From Monocercomonoides exilis PA203 (Eukaryota > Protista > Preaxostyla): a DNA stretch of 64,000 nt. The translations under genes were made by a program, and so were the position numbers. Within the stretch, counting starts at the first letter, position 1. The number at the start of each line of letters is the position of its first letter. The notes beneath the pieces are model-generated. The model saw nothing but the letters and a program-made list of their open reading frames with translations. It did no database searches and was not told where the DNA came from. Shown piece after piece: positions 63,801 to 64,000 of the stretch. The DNA is taken from the NCBI GenBank assembly GCA_001643675.2, contig LSRY02000068.1:1-64000 (forward strand), in the 5' to 3' direction.

Positions 63801-64000
63801 CATAAAGTGCTGCTCCTTTGTGAGAGCAGAATGTACCACAAGTGCCGGCGCTGAGCTCTGCACGTGCCTTCCTCCACTCACCCAATAGTGTGGATGGGCG
63901 TCCAGATCCCAATCGCCTTGAGGCTTCGAATTCATAACAGACTTAAACAACACGTACTCACGGCATAGCACCACCACTGCATGCAGCTCAGGAACATATG
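57807..64000 (-). CDS. Large hypothetical protein (>2060 aa), 5' end outside the window; Ser-rich linkers between short hydrophobic blocks
   Basis: Frame is open from the window edge to TAG at 57807. No confident family assignment. Confidence 0.85.
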   Translation of the reverse strand, partial: YVPELHAVVVLCREYVLFKSVMNSKPQGDWDLDAHPHYWVSGGRHVQSSAPALVVHSALTKEQHFMYAKKEKERERIEMEAAAAEKVRLLSLEGGQGNSKEPSPFNRLGGLGIDLAPIAQRRHTIWLPFREIVMAYMKRMKREWRREEKGEVGKGETNTNNTNCNCNRNNASQSNQFHNNKPRMSQSSERDLSVDSARRPLNPFTSHLRQSFSRRAPRTDFSGVPMTDISHDWFIDRHRGFPRDYRPLCRLPKELSVASNCYSSSSFFCDAFPPWLTDEILTSQLMIRQWYRRARERLNSDINQKGKISSDGDARHSLRFFTAPHDKMHPLFADFLPSSSTSEKQLNANDPLSIGAEGVNAFSSPKNAAYSTGQLPRSNNPNSISLIAHSPIFDDPQAHPNSYFPVDIAPSYVLLVFDECDMRMRIGRIDLSQMELHALRQTSHGGIAKTDTSFPLFGQMQFPSTAFYSFFSLVHIPVPTIKGIKVAKHIEEKVYLDVIEQMKKQLEENQTETNQQTHSESSSASASASSSPSASFSARNMQSTNSPDGKSATESVLPSTAEEAFDRWDKMKAKSIEPMGKGLSADEFKLHYIRTLVAVAGRESTLGRKEKITVGIQQGGKGAGKRRKRNVPLKEYLRQIDRRGTDEEESEEKESFIEESSQNGKEQNASDKLKDGQTDEFQQQSMDEKIKAEEMKIKGIPFSTKYQSRMQKKLEKKYSEKRHMLKVKQEMEESSLETLYTDIFIFEIERQTYVTEAFLTARRQYETAYDNYYGNGEFFKSVLEPQSIDDPVFLFNNPKYRQLARNFPGSPGFDMSQPSFAGQPTLLPKLASSPVANDFDMHELFNVIITPIKRVRIVGGVQGLFAKPSILVALNGCDVLVFGFCSTLSRSAQETEAKEEERLNVNNNGKNKSLASNVKEEGKDNKSESGQSNISGSEVQAAQSDESELTPHSSTDANVMQSRLELDSIIEPLYPSSVCSCSLPLFDNDGKLAPLAPYHFSIVDVIDSSQGRSGFALREVYSESSTSSNNNKYDTSSSSNAQQGRMSMQQKEGSFGAQLDDKSKLDKQTNQNRLKGNFWCSPLSMQLISYLVAPAPVTTLSMVSQRPKYDPALPVNSLTYPNWFKGKIHSSFSKNITDILHRQLDKLLPSFFQIPKFIRFLLGYAPCGIIVADLALPASFPLSISLVSYPRRVCMWYQSGLRGYKHMKDEFVKHSHLTEESNANRNNEQNRRDSSESTMSKTKSTASSSSMLTECPRSNRTLQTATSSSRTSFGEGSMPTQNRSSHNSTASLRTPSSLNSSFTSLTPFSHPSSSSFSGTSSSRSFSSTKRNIKVKRRVKERNRSKHHASKTVTPISLKQVSLLPIAAFTGSHSKKPEMKCVTSKTNLCQSGATIGSTLVVMAHTFTPSLSVEAQMLDFHHIGVISDYDIIVYSIVQNPYYNAEPLSSALLNSDDDVILPLCTIPVMRIPTHTQALFILTNGIGSTSLQTTFRSSILNQLRLLVDGLKGDIEYLKQQRRLESEKEQLFSNASVSPSSSSKPSSQNPSSPDSPSTSPTSVLSTTPPTSSGASASSSANSQQQYGETPQLTLEQVSEDLSYPLRFEVQSGSGSLQALPEHPPFLIFSRQGWAAVVIPSYSQRIPALGLVSESYAEEIVEKNFGDIWRFRQSELIKDYIHQETQIWNAFIENEAKKEAHQTVFNAPSSSTAIVASPSQPPSHTSSRILNGTKTLSLSPPPLSSAHSLDSPSVITSSAIQATISSFSSPPRTTSPISPTNSISAISTSASSSHTSSTLSSILSKVHTRYHCPPMALKPGRYYEGQIIYGLSVHPHAGDSIRFKYPRLPQFRIAAMNMAELMKYRLQKEKEAKARALNSLRYPLCPASSDSMKTMSGSASSLTQKAPSLQLSKAERTLQVWSSRYASIRAQASSHLQPRSSGRRHHHHHHHLRSHHTQTNGSLMPFPSNSSSQSPSSTRSPVQPLSLLAGPQIPSRPLSLHHTTYAEELPSFKTHTRDVDWGESHPNPHELAKPQHLSFAISEAAEDQEEEMEEDFKQKELEQTQNTIH

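Overview
AT-rich eukaryotic genomic DNA with short spliceosomal introns, standard genetic code (genes end in TAA/TGA/TAG) and long poly-Ser/acidic tracts in proteins. Gene families and style resemble the oxymonad Monocercomonoides; this is recognition, not a database result. Genes: a ~4,030-aa single-pass surface protein with 8 beta-helix-like modules and a degenerate kinase domain; an F-box/LRR protein; a ~4,180-aa DCAF1/VprBP homologue (5 exons assembled by hand); a 3-exon ARM/HEAT-like gene; an intronless orphan; an AAR2 homologue whose first intron has a GC donor; two paralogues of a lineage-specific helical family; a 5'-truncated >2,060-aa ORF; and a probable pseudogene at the left edge. 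The intergenic DNA holds three decayed Merlin/IS1595-type transposases, a pristine TA-flanked Tc1/mariner-type MITE, several GGG...CCC-ended MITEs at ATAT/AWWT sites (one nested in a Merlin transposase, one inverted pair bracketing a host gene) and foldback palindromes. No rRNA, tRNA or CRISPR array was recognised. Exon models are manual and lack transcript support.
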